From the NCBI GenBank assembly GCA_025800205.1, contig JAOXSD010000174.1, forward strand, positions 9,544-73,543: a DNA stretch of 64,000 bases, read 5' to 3'. This DNA comes from Silicimonas sp. Lineage in GTDB: Bacteria; Pseudomonadota; Alphaproteobacteria; Rhodobacterales; Rhodobacteraceae. Position numbers and translations under genes: made by a program. The notes below the pieces were generated by a model. It worked only from the letters and a program-made list of their open reading frames with translations. It did not search any database and had not been told where the DNA came from. This document shows, piece after piece, positions 45,308-61,159 of this stretch. How positions within the stretch are numbered: position 1 is the first letter of the stretch; every line of letters starts with the position of its first letter.

Positions 45308-46746
45308 TCAGCTGGGAAACTCGGCCAGGCCGAGTTTTTGGGTCTGCCCGCCGGGCTTGGTCCGAGGCATTTCGGACCGGCGCACCAACGGTGCAAGCAG
45401 AATGAGTGTAAGGAAAAGAAATGCTATTTCCGTATGATAGACAAAGGCGTAGCCAATGCTCGGGGTGTCGAGTGCAGCACCCAGCAGGCCTGCCTCGGCG
45501 ATCCGGGTGACCAGATCCTTCAGGGCGCCGCCCAACAGGATCGCCAGGCCGGCCGCGCCGGCCTGCGCCGCCCCCCAGGCACCAAGTGCGAGGCCTTGGC
45601 CGGCACGTGCGCCGGTGGGCAGGTTCATCGCCGAGATCAGCAGTGCCACGGCAAAAAGCCCGCCGCCCAGGCCGATGGCAGCGGTGCCCGCAAAGAACAG
45701 AAGCGGGGCCTGCATGGGCGCCGAGAGCACCAGCGCGGAAAAGGCGCCGGTGCCGATCAGGATGCCGCGCGCGGCCAGCCGCACCGGATCCTGCCCCCGC
45801 CCCAGCCCATGGGCGGAAAGGGCAAAACCTGCCAGCGCCCCCAGCGCCCAAAGCGCGGTCAACCGGGTGGTGCTGGCCACCGAAAGGCCGAGGATCTCGC
45901 CACCATAGGGCTCAAGCAGAATGTCCTGCATGTTGAACGCCAGCGTGCCGACAAAGACCGCGGCCAGCAGTCGGCCCGCCGTGCCGCCGCCGGTGTAATC
46001 CGCCCAGGCGTCGCGGAACCGGGGCCGGGCTGCGTTGCGCGCGGTCTGCGATTGGGGCTGCAGGGGTTCCTGTTTCCACAGTGCCAGCAGGTTCAGGAGC
46101 AGGGTCGCAAGTGCTGCGCCCTGAACCACGCGGATCAATTGCAATTGCGAGAAATCCCGCAACAGGTTGCCGATGATCAGGGCCGAGACACCCATGCCAA
46201 GCAGGAACATAACGTAAAGAAGCGCCACCACCCGGGGCCGGGTCTCCACCGGCGCGCGATCGGCCGCAAGGGCGAGCCCCGCGGTCTGGGTCATGTGCAG
46301 GCCTAGGCCGGTTGCGATGAAGGCGATGGCGGCCAGCATTTCGCCGGCCCAGGCCGGGCCGAGGGTCTGGTCGCCCCCCAGCACGATCAGCGCAAAGGGC
46401 ATCACCGCAAGGCCGCCCATCTGCCAGAGCGAGCCGAACCACAGATAGGGCACACGTTTCCAGCCCAAGGCGCTGCGATAGGCATCGGAGCGAAACCCGA
46501 GAAGTGGGCGCAGGGGGGCAACCAGCACCGGCAGGCCCAGCATGATCGCCACGATCACCACCGGCACCGAAAGTTCAACGATCATCACCCGGTTGAGCGT
46601 GCCCAGAAGCATCACCATCGCCATGCCGACCGAGACCTGAAACAGCGACAGGCGCAGAAGCTGGCCCAGCGGCAGCGCTTCGGATGCAGCATCCGAGAAG
46701 GGCAGCAGGCCGCGCCCGAGGGACTTGATCTGCGCCCGGGTCACGA

Positions 46747-46750
<4 letters not shown>
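45308..46750 (-). CDS. lhaA: LH1 assembly MFS protein LhaA (PucC family)
   Basis: 480 aa, polytopic. LRLSLFQVSVGMAMVMLLGTLNRVMIVEL. Between bchM and puhA. ATGA overlap with the bchM stop. Confidence 0.88.
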
Positions 46751-48347
<1,597 letters not shown>

Positions 48348-51300
48348 TCACTCGGCCGCGATCCCCTCCAGCCGATCCTCGATTTCCTCCGCCGCGCCCT
48401 GCAGGGCGGCGAGCGTTTCCGCATCCGGTTGCCAATAGGACCGGTCATGCGCCTCAAGCAGGCGGTTGGTCATGCGCATGCTCGCTTCCGGGTTGAGACG
48501 GGCCAGCCGCTGGCGCATTGCCTCATCCAGCACGAAGGTTTCCGAAATCCGCTGGTAGACCCAGGGATCAACCTGACCGGTGGTGGCCGACCAGCCCAGG
48601 GTGTTGGTCACATGGGCCTCGATATGGCGCACGCCCTCGCGGCCATGTTCCAGAAGACCTTCGTAGAATTTCGGGTTGAGACTGCGTGACCGGGTTTCCA
48701 GGGCGATCTGATCCTTCAGCTTGCGGATCTTGCCGTCGCCCCGGGTCTGATCCGAGATATAGACCGCCGCCTCATCGCCCCGGGCGCGCCGGATTGCCCG
48801 GCTGACCCCGCCCAGCGTGTCGAAGTAGTGATCCACCGTGGTCACGCCCAGTTCGACGCTTTCGAGATTCTGATAGGCCAGTTCCACATCGGCCAGGGTA
48901 TGGGCGAGCAGATCCGCCTGATGGGCAGGCTTGCCATCGCGCCCGTAGGCGAAGCTCTTGCGCGCCTCGAAGGCGTCCGCCAGTTCATCTTCATCGGCAA
49001 AGCTGGACGCATCGACCAGCAGGTTCACATTGGAGCCATAGGCGCCTTCGGCATTGGAAAAGACCCTCAGCGCCGCCGTTTCCAGATCGCAGCCGGTCTT
49101 TTCGGCATAGGCGCGGGCATGGGCGCGGATGAAATTCATCTCCTCAGGCTCATCCGCGCTGGCGGCGCGCCAGGCGGCTTCGGCCAGCAGGCGGATCTGC
49201 AGGGGCAGGAGATCGCGGAAGATGCCGGAGACGGTCATCACCACATCGATGCGCGGCCGTCCCAGAGTTTCGAGCGGGATCAATTCGGCCCCGCACAACC
49301 GCCCATAGCGGTCGAACCGGGGGGCGGCGCCAATCAGCGCCAGCGCCTGGGCGATCGGGCTGCCGTCGGACTTGATATTGTCGGATCCCCAAAGCACCAG
49401 CGCGATGGCGCGCGGCAGACTTGCGTGGGTTGCCAGCAGCCGTTCGGCCTGCGCCCGTCCTTCGGCAAGCGCAAAGGCGGTCGGCATGCGGAAGGGATCG
49501 AAAGCGTGAATATTGCGCCCGGTGGGCAGGATATGGGGCGCCCGGATCAGGTCGCCGCCGGGCACCGGGGGCACGAAATGACCACCAAGCGCGCGCATCA
49601 AGGCGGGCAGTTCGTCATTCTCGGCCAGCTGCCGGTCCATGGCGGCGCGCGCATCTGCGTCAAGATCGCTCATCACATCGAGCAGGGCCGCGCGTTTTTC
49701 CGATGTCATCCGCCGGCCCACCACATGGAGCCCGTCGGGGATCAGCGCCGCCTCGGTTTCCAGCAGTTTGAGCCAGAGATCACCAGGCGCGATGCCGCCC
49801 AGATCCACCGCCTCGGCCTGATCCGCGATCAAGGCTTCAAGGTCCTGGCGCGCGCGTCCAGGCTCTGCTTTGCGCCAGCGCGCCAATGTGTCCTTGAGCT
49901 CTGCCAGTCCTTTATATAGCCCGGCCTGAGCCGTGGGCGGGGTCAGATGCGACACGGTGATCGCATTGGCGCGCCGCTTGGCGAGGCTCGCTTCAGAGGG
50001 GTTGTTGGCCGCATAAAGATAGATGTTCGGCAGGGCGCCGATCAGCCGGTCGGGCCAGCAACTCCCCGACAGCCCCACCTGTTTGCCGGGCATGAATTCC
50101 AGCGCCCCGTGCATACCAAAATGCAAAAGCACATCCGCCTCGAAACTCTCGCGCAGCCAGCGATAAAAGGCGGCAAAGGCATGGGTCGGCGCAAAGCCCT
50201 TCTCGAAGAGAAGCCGCATCGGGTCGCCCTCATAGCCGAAGACCGGCTGGACGCCGACAAAGACCGATCCGAAGTGCCGTCCCAGCACGAAGACATGGCG
50301 CCCGTCGGTCTGGTGGCGGCCCGGCGCGGGCCCCCATTGCGCCTCGATCTCCGCCAGCCAGGGGGTGTCGGCCACCAGATGATCGGCAGGAATTTTCGCC
50401 GCCACATGGGCCGGTTGGCCGTGATCCTCGGCGTTGCCGCCCAGCAGTGCCTCCCGAAGCGCCGCCGCGTCCTCGGGCAGATCCACCTTGTAGCCTTCGC
50501 GCTTCATGCGCTGCAAGAGATTGAAAAGGCTTTCAAACACATCCAGATGGGCGGCCGTTCCCACGGCGCCTGCATTGGGTGGAAACCCGTAAAGCACGAT
50601 GGCCGCCTTGCGGTTCTCGGGGCGCGAGCGTCGCAGACGGGCCAGCCGGTCGGTCTTTTCAACCAACGTCGCGACCCGTTCATCGATCGGATAAAGGGCG
50701 CGGTCCTCTGCCCCGCTGCGCCGTCCGGCAAAGACCGTCGGATTGGTGGCGCCGTCGATTTCTGGCAGGGCGATCAGCATGGTGGTTTCCACCGGGCCCA
50801 GCCCGGCTTGCGCCTCCGACCAGGCCTCGGCACTCTGGAATTCGAGCGGATGAGCCGCGAGGTAGGGCACATCAAGCCCTTGCAACAGTTCGACCGCAGC
50901 CCCGCTGTCATTATAGGCTGGCCCACCCACCAACGAGAATCCGGTGAGCGAGACAAGCGCGTCAATCCGGCCGTTGAAATAGCGCTCCACCGCCGGGCGC
51001 GCATCAAGCCCGCCGGCAAAGGCGGGCAGCACCCGCAGACCGCGCGCCTCCAGCCCCCGGATCACCGCGTCATAATGGGCGCAATCATCGGCCAGCACAT
51101 AGGAGCGCAAAAGCAACAGCCCCACGGTCGCGCGCGCGCCTTTGCCATCGGCCAACGCGCCTGCATCTTCCGTGATCCGCCCGGGCAGATCGGGATGATA
51201 GAGCCCCACTTCGGGATATTCGATGGGCAGCGCGGCATCTGCGCCCTGCCAATCCTTCCGGCACCCATAGCGTGAGACCAGATAGCGGATCATCTGCTCC

Positions 51301-51840
51301 ACATTGTCGTCGGAGCCGCCCAGCCAATATTGCATGCACAGAAACCAGGCGCGCAAATCCTGCGCCTTGCCCGGCAGAAACCGCAGGATCTTCGGAATGC
51401 GGCGCAGCATTTTCATCTTTGAACGCGCCGGATCGCTGGTGGATTTGATCCCGCCGCGCAGCTTTTTCAGAAAGCCCAGAACACCAGAGCTCGGATGCGC
51501 CATATCCAGATCGCCGAGCCGGGTCAGCCGGACAATCGCATCCTCCGAAATCACTCCCACCATTGCATCGCAGGCCTCTCGGCGCGCCTCAAGCGCGGGC
51601 AGGATCGCGCGGATATGTTCGTCCAGAAACAAAAGCACCGTGAGGATGATATCGGCCCGGGCCACATCTGCCTTGGCCGCCTCAAGCGATGCGGGGCATT
51701 CGGCCCATTCCGCACTGGCATGCACCACCATTTCGAGCCCGGGGAAATCCCGCGCCAAACGGCGCGAAGCCCGGTCCACCGGCCCCGCCGCATGGGCGTC
51801 GAGCGTGAGGATCACCACACGGTAGGGCGATATGGCGGAC

Positions 51841-51851
<11 letters not shown>
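48348..51851 (-). CDS. bchH: Mg-chelatase large subunit BchH
   Basis: About 1167 aa, CobN/BchH family. The ATG at 51851 ([24 protein letters not shown]) overlaps the bchB 3' end by 11 nt. The track start at 51983 is an extension into bchB. Confidence 0.93.
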
Positions 51852-55156
<3,305 letters not shown>

Positions 55157-55250
55157 CTGCTCATGTTTACATAAACGCTGGACACCCGTTCAAAAAAATT
55201 GACAACGGTAACCGTATTGTCGACGTTACAAATGTACGGGGGGAGCCGTT

Positions 55251-56108
55251 GTGGCCCCGGCGGGGCCAGACATCCTCGGTGCTGTGACAGACCAGCGCGA
55301 GAGACAGATCATGACCGAAGCCTCATATTTCAAAGGCGCGGATAACGACGGGGTTCCGTCCCTATTGTGGGAAACGGTTGCCCGCGAGGCCCTTGAGGCC
55401 GTCGCCTCCAAGCCGCCGCCCGCGACCGGCGAAAAAGCCGATCCGGTCTTTGACCCGGCCTGGGTGCGCGAGATTGCCGATGCGGCCCATGACCCGCAAC
55501 TCACCCGGATCGGGCGGATCATCGATGGCTTGCTGGAACATGGCGTCGCTCCGCTGGCGATCATCGAGACCTATTGCGCCGAGGCCGCGCGCCTGCTGGG
55601 TGAGGATTGGCATTTCGACAGGCTCAGCTTTGCGCAGGTTTCCATTGGCACCGCGCGGTTGCAGGGGGTGGTGCGGGCGCTTTACGCCTCGCTTCCCCCT
55701 CAGGCGCTGGATCACGGCGCCCAGGTTGCGGTGATCCTGCGGGATTGCGAACAGCACACCCTGGGCCCGATCATCCTTGCCAACAAGCTGCGACTGGCCG
55801 GCCACACCGCCTGGCTGGCAGCTGGTTTCAGCGATGAGGAGATCCTCGAGCGCCTGAGCCGCCAAAGATTTGACATGGTTCTGTGCTCGGTCTCCCAGGA
55901 GCGAAATCTTGCAAATCTCGACAGCTTCCTGCAGACCGTGCGGGACCGCTGCGACAACCGGCTGGACATCGCGCTTGGCGGCAGTTTTCTCGACCGCTGC
56001 GGATCTCAGGCGGCAAGTGATACAGGAGCCGACATGGTGACGTCCGACATTCAGTTGATCCTGGACCGCCTGGCCGACCGAAGCACGAAGGCGCGGACCG
56101 CCACATGA
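55251..56108 (+). CDS. ppaA: Cobalamin-binding antirepressor PpaA / AerR
   Basis: B12-binding domain with an ExHxxG motif (VAVILRDCEQHTLGPIILANKLRLAGH). Lies immediately upstream of ppsR and divergent from bchF. GTG start at 55251; an ATG at 55311 (MTEASYF) is an alternative. Confidence 0.85.
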   Translation: MAPAGPDILGAVTDQRERQIMTEASYFKGADNDGVPSLLWETVAREALEAVASKPPPATGEKADPVFDPAWVREIADAAHDPQLTRIGRIIDGLLEHGVAPLAIIETYCAEAARLLGEDWHFDRLSFAQVSIGTARLQGVVRALYASLPPQALDHGAQVAVILRDCEQHTLGPIILANKLRLAGHTAWLAAGFSDEEILERLSRQRFDMVLCSVSQERNLANLDSFLQTVRDRCDNRLDIALGGSFLDRCGSQAASDTGADMVTSDIQLILDRLADRSTKARTAT

Positions 56109-56133
56109 GCAGGACAACAAGCGAGGGCGATGA

Positions 56134-57543
56134 ATGACCCAGCGAGGAACGGAATTCTGGACCGGCGGCGCGGTGCCGATCATCGGGCCCGAGGTGCTGA
56201 TCAGCATTGTCGGCAGCGCCTCTGATGTGGCGGTGGTGGTGAACCCCGAAGACGCCATCGTCTCGGTCATGGTCAATCCCAACGCCCATGGTCTGGAGGC
56301 CTTTGACCAGTGGTATGGCGAGGATTTCCGCAGCACGCTGACCGTCGAGAGCCTTGCCAAATTCGAGGAACGCGCCGCCCTATTGCGCGGCGGCGGCGAC
56401 AGCCGGGCGGCGCTTGAGCTGAACCACACCTTCCCGGGTGGCAGCGATGCGCCCATGCAATATTGGGTGTTTCGCATCGGCAGCGATCCGACGCTTCTGC
56501 TGTTGGGCCGTGATCTGCGCCCGGTGGCTGCCCTTCAGCAACAGCTGATCGAAAGCCAGCGCGCCCTTGAACGCGATTATGAAATTCAGCGCGAGGCGGA
56601 AACCCGACTTCGGGTGGCGCTCGAATCCGCCGATCAGGCAATGATCTTTGCTTCGCTCACCAGCGGCCGGATCCGCATGGTCAATCAGCGCGCCTGTGAC
56701 CTGTTGGGGGTGAAGCGCGATCTGGTGGTCGACAGCGCGCTCAGCAGCCATTTTACCGGCCTGCCGGGCGAGATCATCGACCGGTTGGTCCATGCCGGGT
56801 CCGAGGATCTGGGCAAGCCGGTCGAACTGACGGTCAAGCGCAACGCTCAGGCGGTGCTGGCCGCGCCAATCCTTTATCGCGCCTCAGGCGAGAAGATGCT
56901 GCTCTGCCGGCTCAACTTGCCCGATCAAAACCCCATGCGCCGCGATGGGCTTGGCGACCTCCTGACCGGCCATTATCAGAACATGAGCGACGGCATGCTC
57001 TTCGTGAATGGCTCGGGCACGATCAAGACCGCCAATGACGCGTTCCTGAGCCTCTGCCTGGCGCCCGATCTGAACCGGGTCACCAGTCGGCCATTGGCGG
57101 ATTTTCTTGAGCGCGGGACCCTGGATGTGCGGCTCGCCCTGGAGAATGCCGCACGCAACGGAGAAATACAGGGTTTTGCCACACGTCTTCGCACAGAGCA
57201 CGGCGAAACTCTGGCCGTGGAGCTGTTTGTCACGGCGGTGGATACGGGCGAGGGGGAGATGTATGCGGTCACCTTCCGCGACATGGCCCGCCGGGCGACC
57301 ACCACTCCGGGCGCTTCGGACGGCAGGGATCGCAAGGCGCAGAACGTGGCGGATCTGGTGGGCAGCACGCCCCTGAAGGACATCGTGGCCGAAACCACCG
57401 ACGAGGTGGAAAAGATCTGCATCAAGACGGCGGTGGACATGACCGGAAACAACCGGGTGGCCGCTGCCGAGATGCTCGGCCTCAGCCGCCAGAGCCTTTA
57501 TGTGAAACTGCGCAAATTCGGACTGCTCAAGAAGGACGGTTGA
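56134..57543 (+). CDS. ppsR: Photosynthesis gene repressor PpsR / CrtJ
   Basis: 469 aa. N-domain, Q-linker (QQQLIESQRALERDYEIQREAE), two PAS domains and a C-terminal Fis-type HTH (GNNRVAAAEMLGLSRQSLYVKLRKFGLL). Confidence 0.92.
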   Translation: MTQRGTEFWTGGAVPIIGPEVLISIVGSASDVAVVVNPEDAIVSVMVNPNAHGLEAFDQWYGEDFRSTLTVESLAKFEERAALLRGGGDSRAALELNHTFPGGSDAPMQYWVFRIGSDPTLLLLGRDLRPVAALQQQLIESQRALERDYEIQREAETRLRVALESADQAMIFASLTSGRIRMVNQRACDLLGVKRDLVVDSALSSHFTGLPGEIIDRLVHAGSEDLGKPVELTVKRNAQAVLAAPILYRASGEKMLLCRLNLPDQNPMRRDGLGDLLTGHYQNMSDGMLFVNGSGTIKTANDAFLSLCLAPDLNRVTSRPLADFLERGTLDVRLALENAARNGEIQGFATRLRTEHGETLAVELFVTAVDTGEGEMYAVTFRDMARRATTTPGASDGRDRKAQNVADLVGSTPLKDIVAETTDEVEKICIKTAVDMTGNNRVAAAEMLGLSRQSLYVKLRKFGLLKKDG

Positions 57544-57691
57544 CCCCGACCGGACGCCGCTCCGCGAAATTGCCCTTTCAAACGCCCTCCGGCAGCGCGT
57601 GGGTCAGGTTTCCGTGAGCGGCTCAAACACCGGTGGACTTCTCCGGCACAGAACTTATGGTCTGACCATATTGGATTGGGGAGGAGTGGAG

Positions 57692-58678
57692 ATGAAGCAG
57701 CGCAGGGTTGGCAAGACCGGGCTTTCAATTGACGTTTTGGGTCTCGGCGGCGCGCCATTGGGCGGAAACTTCGTTGATTTGGACAATCGGGAGGCGGCAG
57801 AGCTGATTTCAGCGGCGCGAAAGGCTGGAATGTCCTATTTCGACACCGCGCCCTGGTACGGTTTTGGTCGGTCCGAACGGGTGATGGGCGATATGCTGCG
57901 TGGCAGTGAGTACATCCTGTCGGACAAGGTGGGGCGACTTCTGAAACCCGGCGCGGTGCCGAACCCGGGCGATTTCGGAATGATCGATCCGCTGCCGTTC
58001 AACGTGGTCTATGATTATTCCTATGACGGGATCATGCGTGCCTACGAGGACAATCTGCAGCGTCTCGGCCTTGAGCGGATCGACATTCTGCTGGTCCATG
58101 ACATTGGCAAGATGACCCATGGCGACGCCAATGGGGCGCATTTCAGGGATCTTGAAACGGGCGGCTATCGCGCGCTTGATGAACTGCGCGCCTCGGGTCA
58201 GGTCAAGGCCATTGGTCTTGGCGTGAATGAAAACGCGGTCTGCGAGGCGGCACTGGGGATCGGGCAATGGGACGTGTTCCTGCTGGCCGGGCGCTACACG
58301 CTTCTCGAACAGACACCGCTGGAAACGCTTTTCCCGGCCTGCGCAAAGGCAGGCACGACGGTCATCTGTGGTGGACCGTTCAACTCGGGCATCCTGGTCG
58401 GACGGGAGATGTGGAACTATGCAAAAGCACCCGAGGACGTGGTGGCAAAGGCGCGCGCCCTGGGCGATGTGGCCGCCGCCCATGATGTGCCGCTGGCCGC
58501 CGCCGCGCTGCAGTTCCCGCTGGCCCATGAGATCATGACCAGTGTCATTCCAGGGCCTCGGAATGCGGGCGAACTGGCGCAGATCCTCGACTGGTTCGAA
58601 GCACCGATCCCGGCCGAATTCTGGGCCGATCTGCAGAACAAGGGCCTGCTTGCAGAAGGGGCCCCGGTGCCGGAGTAA
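57692..58678 (+). CDS. Aldo/keto reductase family oxidoreductase
   Basis: MKQRRVGKTGLSIDVLGLGGAPLGG...YFDTAPWYGFGRSE...IDILLVHD. ATG at 57692 after a ggggaggag SD. The track start at 57599 is an extension. Confidence 0.85.
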   Translation: MKQRRVGKTGLSIDVLGLGGAPLGGNFVDLDNREAAELISAARKAGMSYFDTAPWYGFGRSERVMGDMLRGSEYILSDKVGRLLKPGAVPNPGDFGMIDPLPFNVVYDYSYDGIMRAYEDNLQRLGLERIDILLVHDIGKMTHGDANGAHFRDLETGGYRALDELRASGQVKAIGLGVNENAVCEAALGIGQWDVFLLAGRYTLLEQTPLETLFPACAKAGTTVICGGPFNSGILVGREMWNYAKAPEDVVAKARALGDVAAAHDVPLAAAALQFPLAHEIMTSVIPGPRNAGELAQILDWFEAPIPAEFWADLQNKGLLAEGAPVPE

Positions 58679-58802
58679 ACGCCCGCCGTCTGAGCAAATT
58701 CAAATGGTTGACCCCGAAGCGCGGGCCGGATCCACGATCTGGCTTGCCCTTGGCTGCGTTCCCGCGCAGGCTCGGGGAAAGACGCCTGGACGGGAGAATT
58801 CG

Positions 58803-59774
58803 ATGAGCGATCACGGCTATGAAGCAGGCAGGCTGAACCTGCCTTTCGTGGGCATTTCCACCTTTGCGAAATCACCCTATGTGGCCGATTGGGATGCGAT
58901 CGACGCCGATGTGGCGGTGCTGGGCGCGCCGTTTGATTTCGGCACCCAGTGGCGGGCGGGCGCGCGGTTCGGGCCGCGGGCGGTGCGCGAGGCGTCGACC
59001 TTGTTCAGCTTTGGTCACGCAGGCGCCTATGATCACGAGGATGATGCGACCTATCTGGACGCCTCGGTGCGGATGGTGGATCTGGGCGATGCGGATATCA
59101 TTCATACCAAGACCGAAGAGAGCCACGCGAATATCGCTCTGGGCGTGCGGAAATGCCTGGAGGCAGGCGCGTTGCCGGTGGTGATCGGGGGCGATCATTC
59201 GGTGAATATTCCCTGCATCACCGCCTTTGCGGAGGATTGCGCGAAGAACGGGCCGATCCATGTGGTGCAGATTGATGCGCATCTGGATTTTGTCGATGAA
59301 AGGCATGGGGTTACCGCCGGGCACGGCAATCCGATGCGGCGCGCGATCGAGAAGGAATATGTCAGCGGCATGACCCAGCTGGGCATTCGCAATGTGTCCT
59401 CCACGGCGAAGGAAGGCTATGAGGATGCGCGGGCGCGCGGCTCGGATATTCTGTCGGTGCGGCAGGTGCGCAAGCTGGGGACGGACGGCGTGCTGGCGCG
59501 CATTCCCGAAGGGGTTCGGACCTACGTCACCATTGATATTGATGCCTTTTGTCCGTCGATTGCCGCGGGCACCGGAACGCCGAGCCATGGCGGGTTTCTC
59601 TATTACGACGTGCTGGAAATCCTGCAGGGGCTGGCGCGGCGCAATGATGTGGTGGGCATTGATCTGGTGGAAGTGGCACCGGCCTATGATCCGAGCGAGA
59701 GCACGCAGATTCTGGCGGCCCAGCTTTTGATGAACTTCATCGGTTTCATCTTTCACGCGCGGGCCGGGGCCTGA
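58803..59774 (+). CDS. Arginase-family ureohydrolase (agmatinase / guanidino-acid hydrolase type)
   Basis: AVLGAPFDFGTQWRAGARFGPRAVREAS...IGGDHSV...VQIDAHLDF...VTIDIDAFCPS...DLVEVAP. Full Mn-ligand motif set. The ATG at 58803 is in frame within track ORF 58542..59774. Confidence 0.85.
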   Translation: MSDHGYEAGRLNLPFVGISTFAKSPYVADWDAIDADVAVLGAPFDFGTQWRAGARFGPRAVREASTLFSFGHAGAYDHEDDATYLDASVRMVDLGDADIIHTKTEESHANIALGVRKCLEAGALPVVIGGDHSVNIPCITAFAEDCAKNGPIHVVQIDAHLDFVDERHGVTAGHGNPMRRAIEKEYVSGMTQLGIRNVSSTAKEGYEDARARGSDILSVRQVRKLGTDGVLARIPEGVRTYVTIDIDAFCPSIAAGTGTPSHGGFLYYDVLEILQGLARRNDVVGIDLVEVAPAYDPSESTQILAAQLLMNFIGFIFHARAGA

Positions 59775-59793
59775 GCCCCGACCCGGGTTTGCG

Positions 59794-59826
59794 TATTTTT
59801 AAAGGGTGAAAGCCCTTTCGGTTTTG
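59794..59826. terminator. Bidirectional intrinsic terminator between the convergent ureohydrolase and creatinase genes
   Basis: tatttttAAAGGGtgaaagCCCTTTcggtttt. A 6-bp stem (extendable through the flanking T/A runs) with T-runs on both strands. Confidence 0.5.
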
Positions 59827-59830
59827 GGGA

Positions 59831-61036
59831 TCAGCCGATCACGTTGTGCTCGGGGCCATAGGGGTATTTGGTGATGTTCTCGACCCCGTCTTCGCTGATC
59901 ACCAGAATGTCGTGTTCCCGGTAACCGCCGGCACCGGCCGTGCCTTCGGGCACCCAGATCATCGGCTCCATCGAGACGACCATGCCCGGTTCCAGCATTG
60001 TGTCGATGTCTTCGCGCAGTTCCAGCCCCGCTTCGCGGCCATAGTAATGGGAGAGCACGCCAAAGGAATGGCCATAGCCGAAGGAGCGGTATTGCAGGAG
60101 GCCTTCGGCTTCGAAGAAGCGGTTGATCTCGGCGCAGATGCCCGAGCAGGTGGCGCCTTCCTTGATCAGGCTGATGCCGAGTTCGTGGGCGGCGACATTG
60201 GCCTGCCAGAGTTTGAGCGACGCCGCATCGACCTCTTCGACGAACAGCGTGCGTTCGAGGGCGGTGTAATAACCGGAGATCATCGGAAAGGTATTCAAGG
60301 AAAGGATGTCGCCCTTTTCCAGCACCCGTTTGGTGACCGGGTTGTGCGCCCCGTCGGTGTTCAGCCCGGACTGGAACCAGACCCAGGTGTCGCGGTATTC
60401 GGCATCGGGATAGGCGCGTGCGATTTCGGCCTCCATCGCGTCGCGGCCGGCCATGGCCACTTCGATCTCGGTGGCCCCTGCGCGGATCGCATCGCGGATG
60501 GCAAAGCCGCCCACATCCGCCGTATGGGCCCCCCCCTTGATCAGCGCGATCTCTTCGGCGGATTTGATCATCCGCAGGCGCATCGTGTCGGGGGCGATGT
60601 CGAGGAGTTCGGGGCTGTCGAGGAAATCGAGCGCGAGGTCGCGTTGCGCGAGGGTCAGGTGATCGCCTTCGATGCCGATGCGGCCCGGCTTGCCTGCGAG
60701 GTGTTTCACCGCGCGCCAGTAATTGTTGCGCTGCCAGTCGGTGTAGATGACGTTCTCGTCGACCGAACGCCGCCAGGGCTGGCCCGCGTCGATATTGGCC
60801 GAAACGGTGGTGCAGGCGTCCTGGGTGACGACGCAGCCATAGGGGCGGCCGAAGGCACAATAGAGAAAGCCCGAGTAATAGGCGATGTTGTGCATCGAGG
60901 TGAGCAGCACCACGGGAATGTCGCGCGACGCCATCACCGCGCGCAGGGCGCTCAGGCGGCGGTCGTACTCGGCGCGGGAAAAGGGCAGGGGCGCCTTTTC
61001 GCCGTTATGGGAGGTGAAGAACTCCGGTCGGTTCAT
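59831..61036 (-). CDS. Creatinase (creatine amidinohydrolase, M24 family)
   Basis: 401 aa, collinear with my recollection of the Pseudomonas creatinase sequence: NIAYYSGFLYCAFGRPYGCVVT, SANIDAGQPWRRS, WFQSGLNTDGAHNPVT, GYYTALERTLF, FGYGHSFGVLSHYYGREAGLELREDIDT, GAGGYREHDILV. Confidence 0.88.
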   Translation of the reverse strand: MNRPEFFTSHNGEKAPLPFSRAEYDRRLSALRAVMASRDIPVVLLTSMHNIAYYSGFLYCAFGRPYGCVVTQDACTTVSANIDAGQPWRRSVDENVIYTDWQRNNYWRAVKHLAGKPGRIGIEGDHLTLAQRDLALDFLDSPELLDIAPDTMRLRMIKSAEEIALIKGGAHTADVGGFAIRDAIRAGATEIEVAMAGRDAMEAEIARAYPDAEYRDTWVWFQSGLNTDGAHNPVTKRVLEKGDILSLNTFPMISGYYTALERTLFVEEVDAASLKLWQANVAAHELGISLIKEGATCSGICAEINRFFEAEGLLQYRSFGYGHSFGVLSHYYGREAGLELREDIDTMLEPGMVVSMEPMIWVPEGTAGAGGYREHDILVISEDGVENITKYPYGPEHNVIG

Positions 61037-61159
61037 GTCCGTTCTCTTTCAACGAGGCCGGACGGCACGCCCAGCCGCATCCCGGCGTACAGGACAGGGT
61101 GGGTTGGGGCCGGGGCGGATCCGCGACGCCATCGCGGGCCCCGGCTGGTTTGTGGGTCG

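Noticed and set aside
43856-46306. 816-aa + strand ORF, the longest unexplained ORF in the track
   Set aside because: It is antisense to puhB, puhA and lhaA, all of which have unmistakable signatures. Its product is a Gly/Arg/Gln-rich repetitive sequence. Shadow ORF.
55157-55250. Second PpsR operator and a sigma-70-like promoter for ppaA
   Set aside because: No second TGT-N12-ACA occurs here (checked at every TGT). The TTGACA at 55199-55204 lacks a convincing -10 hexamer at 17-19 nt spacing, so no promoter feature is called.
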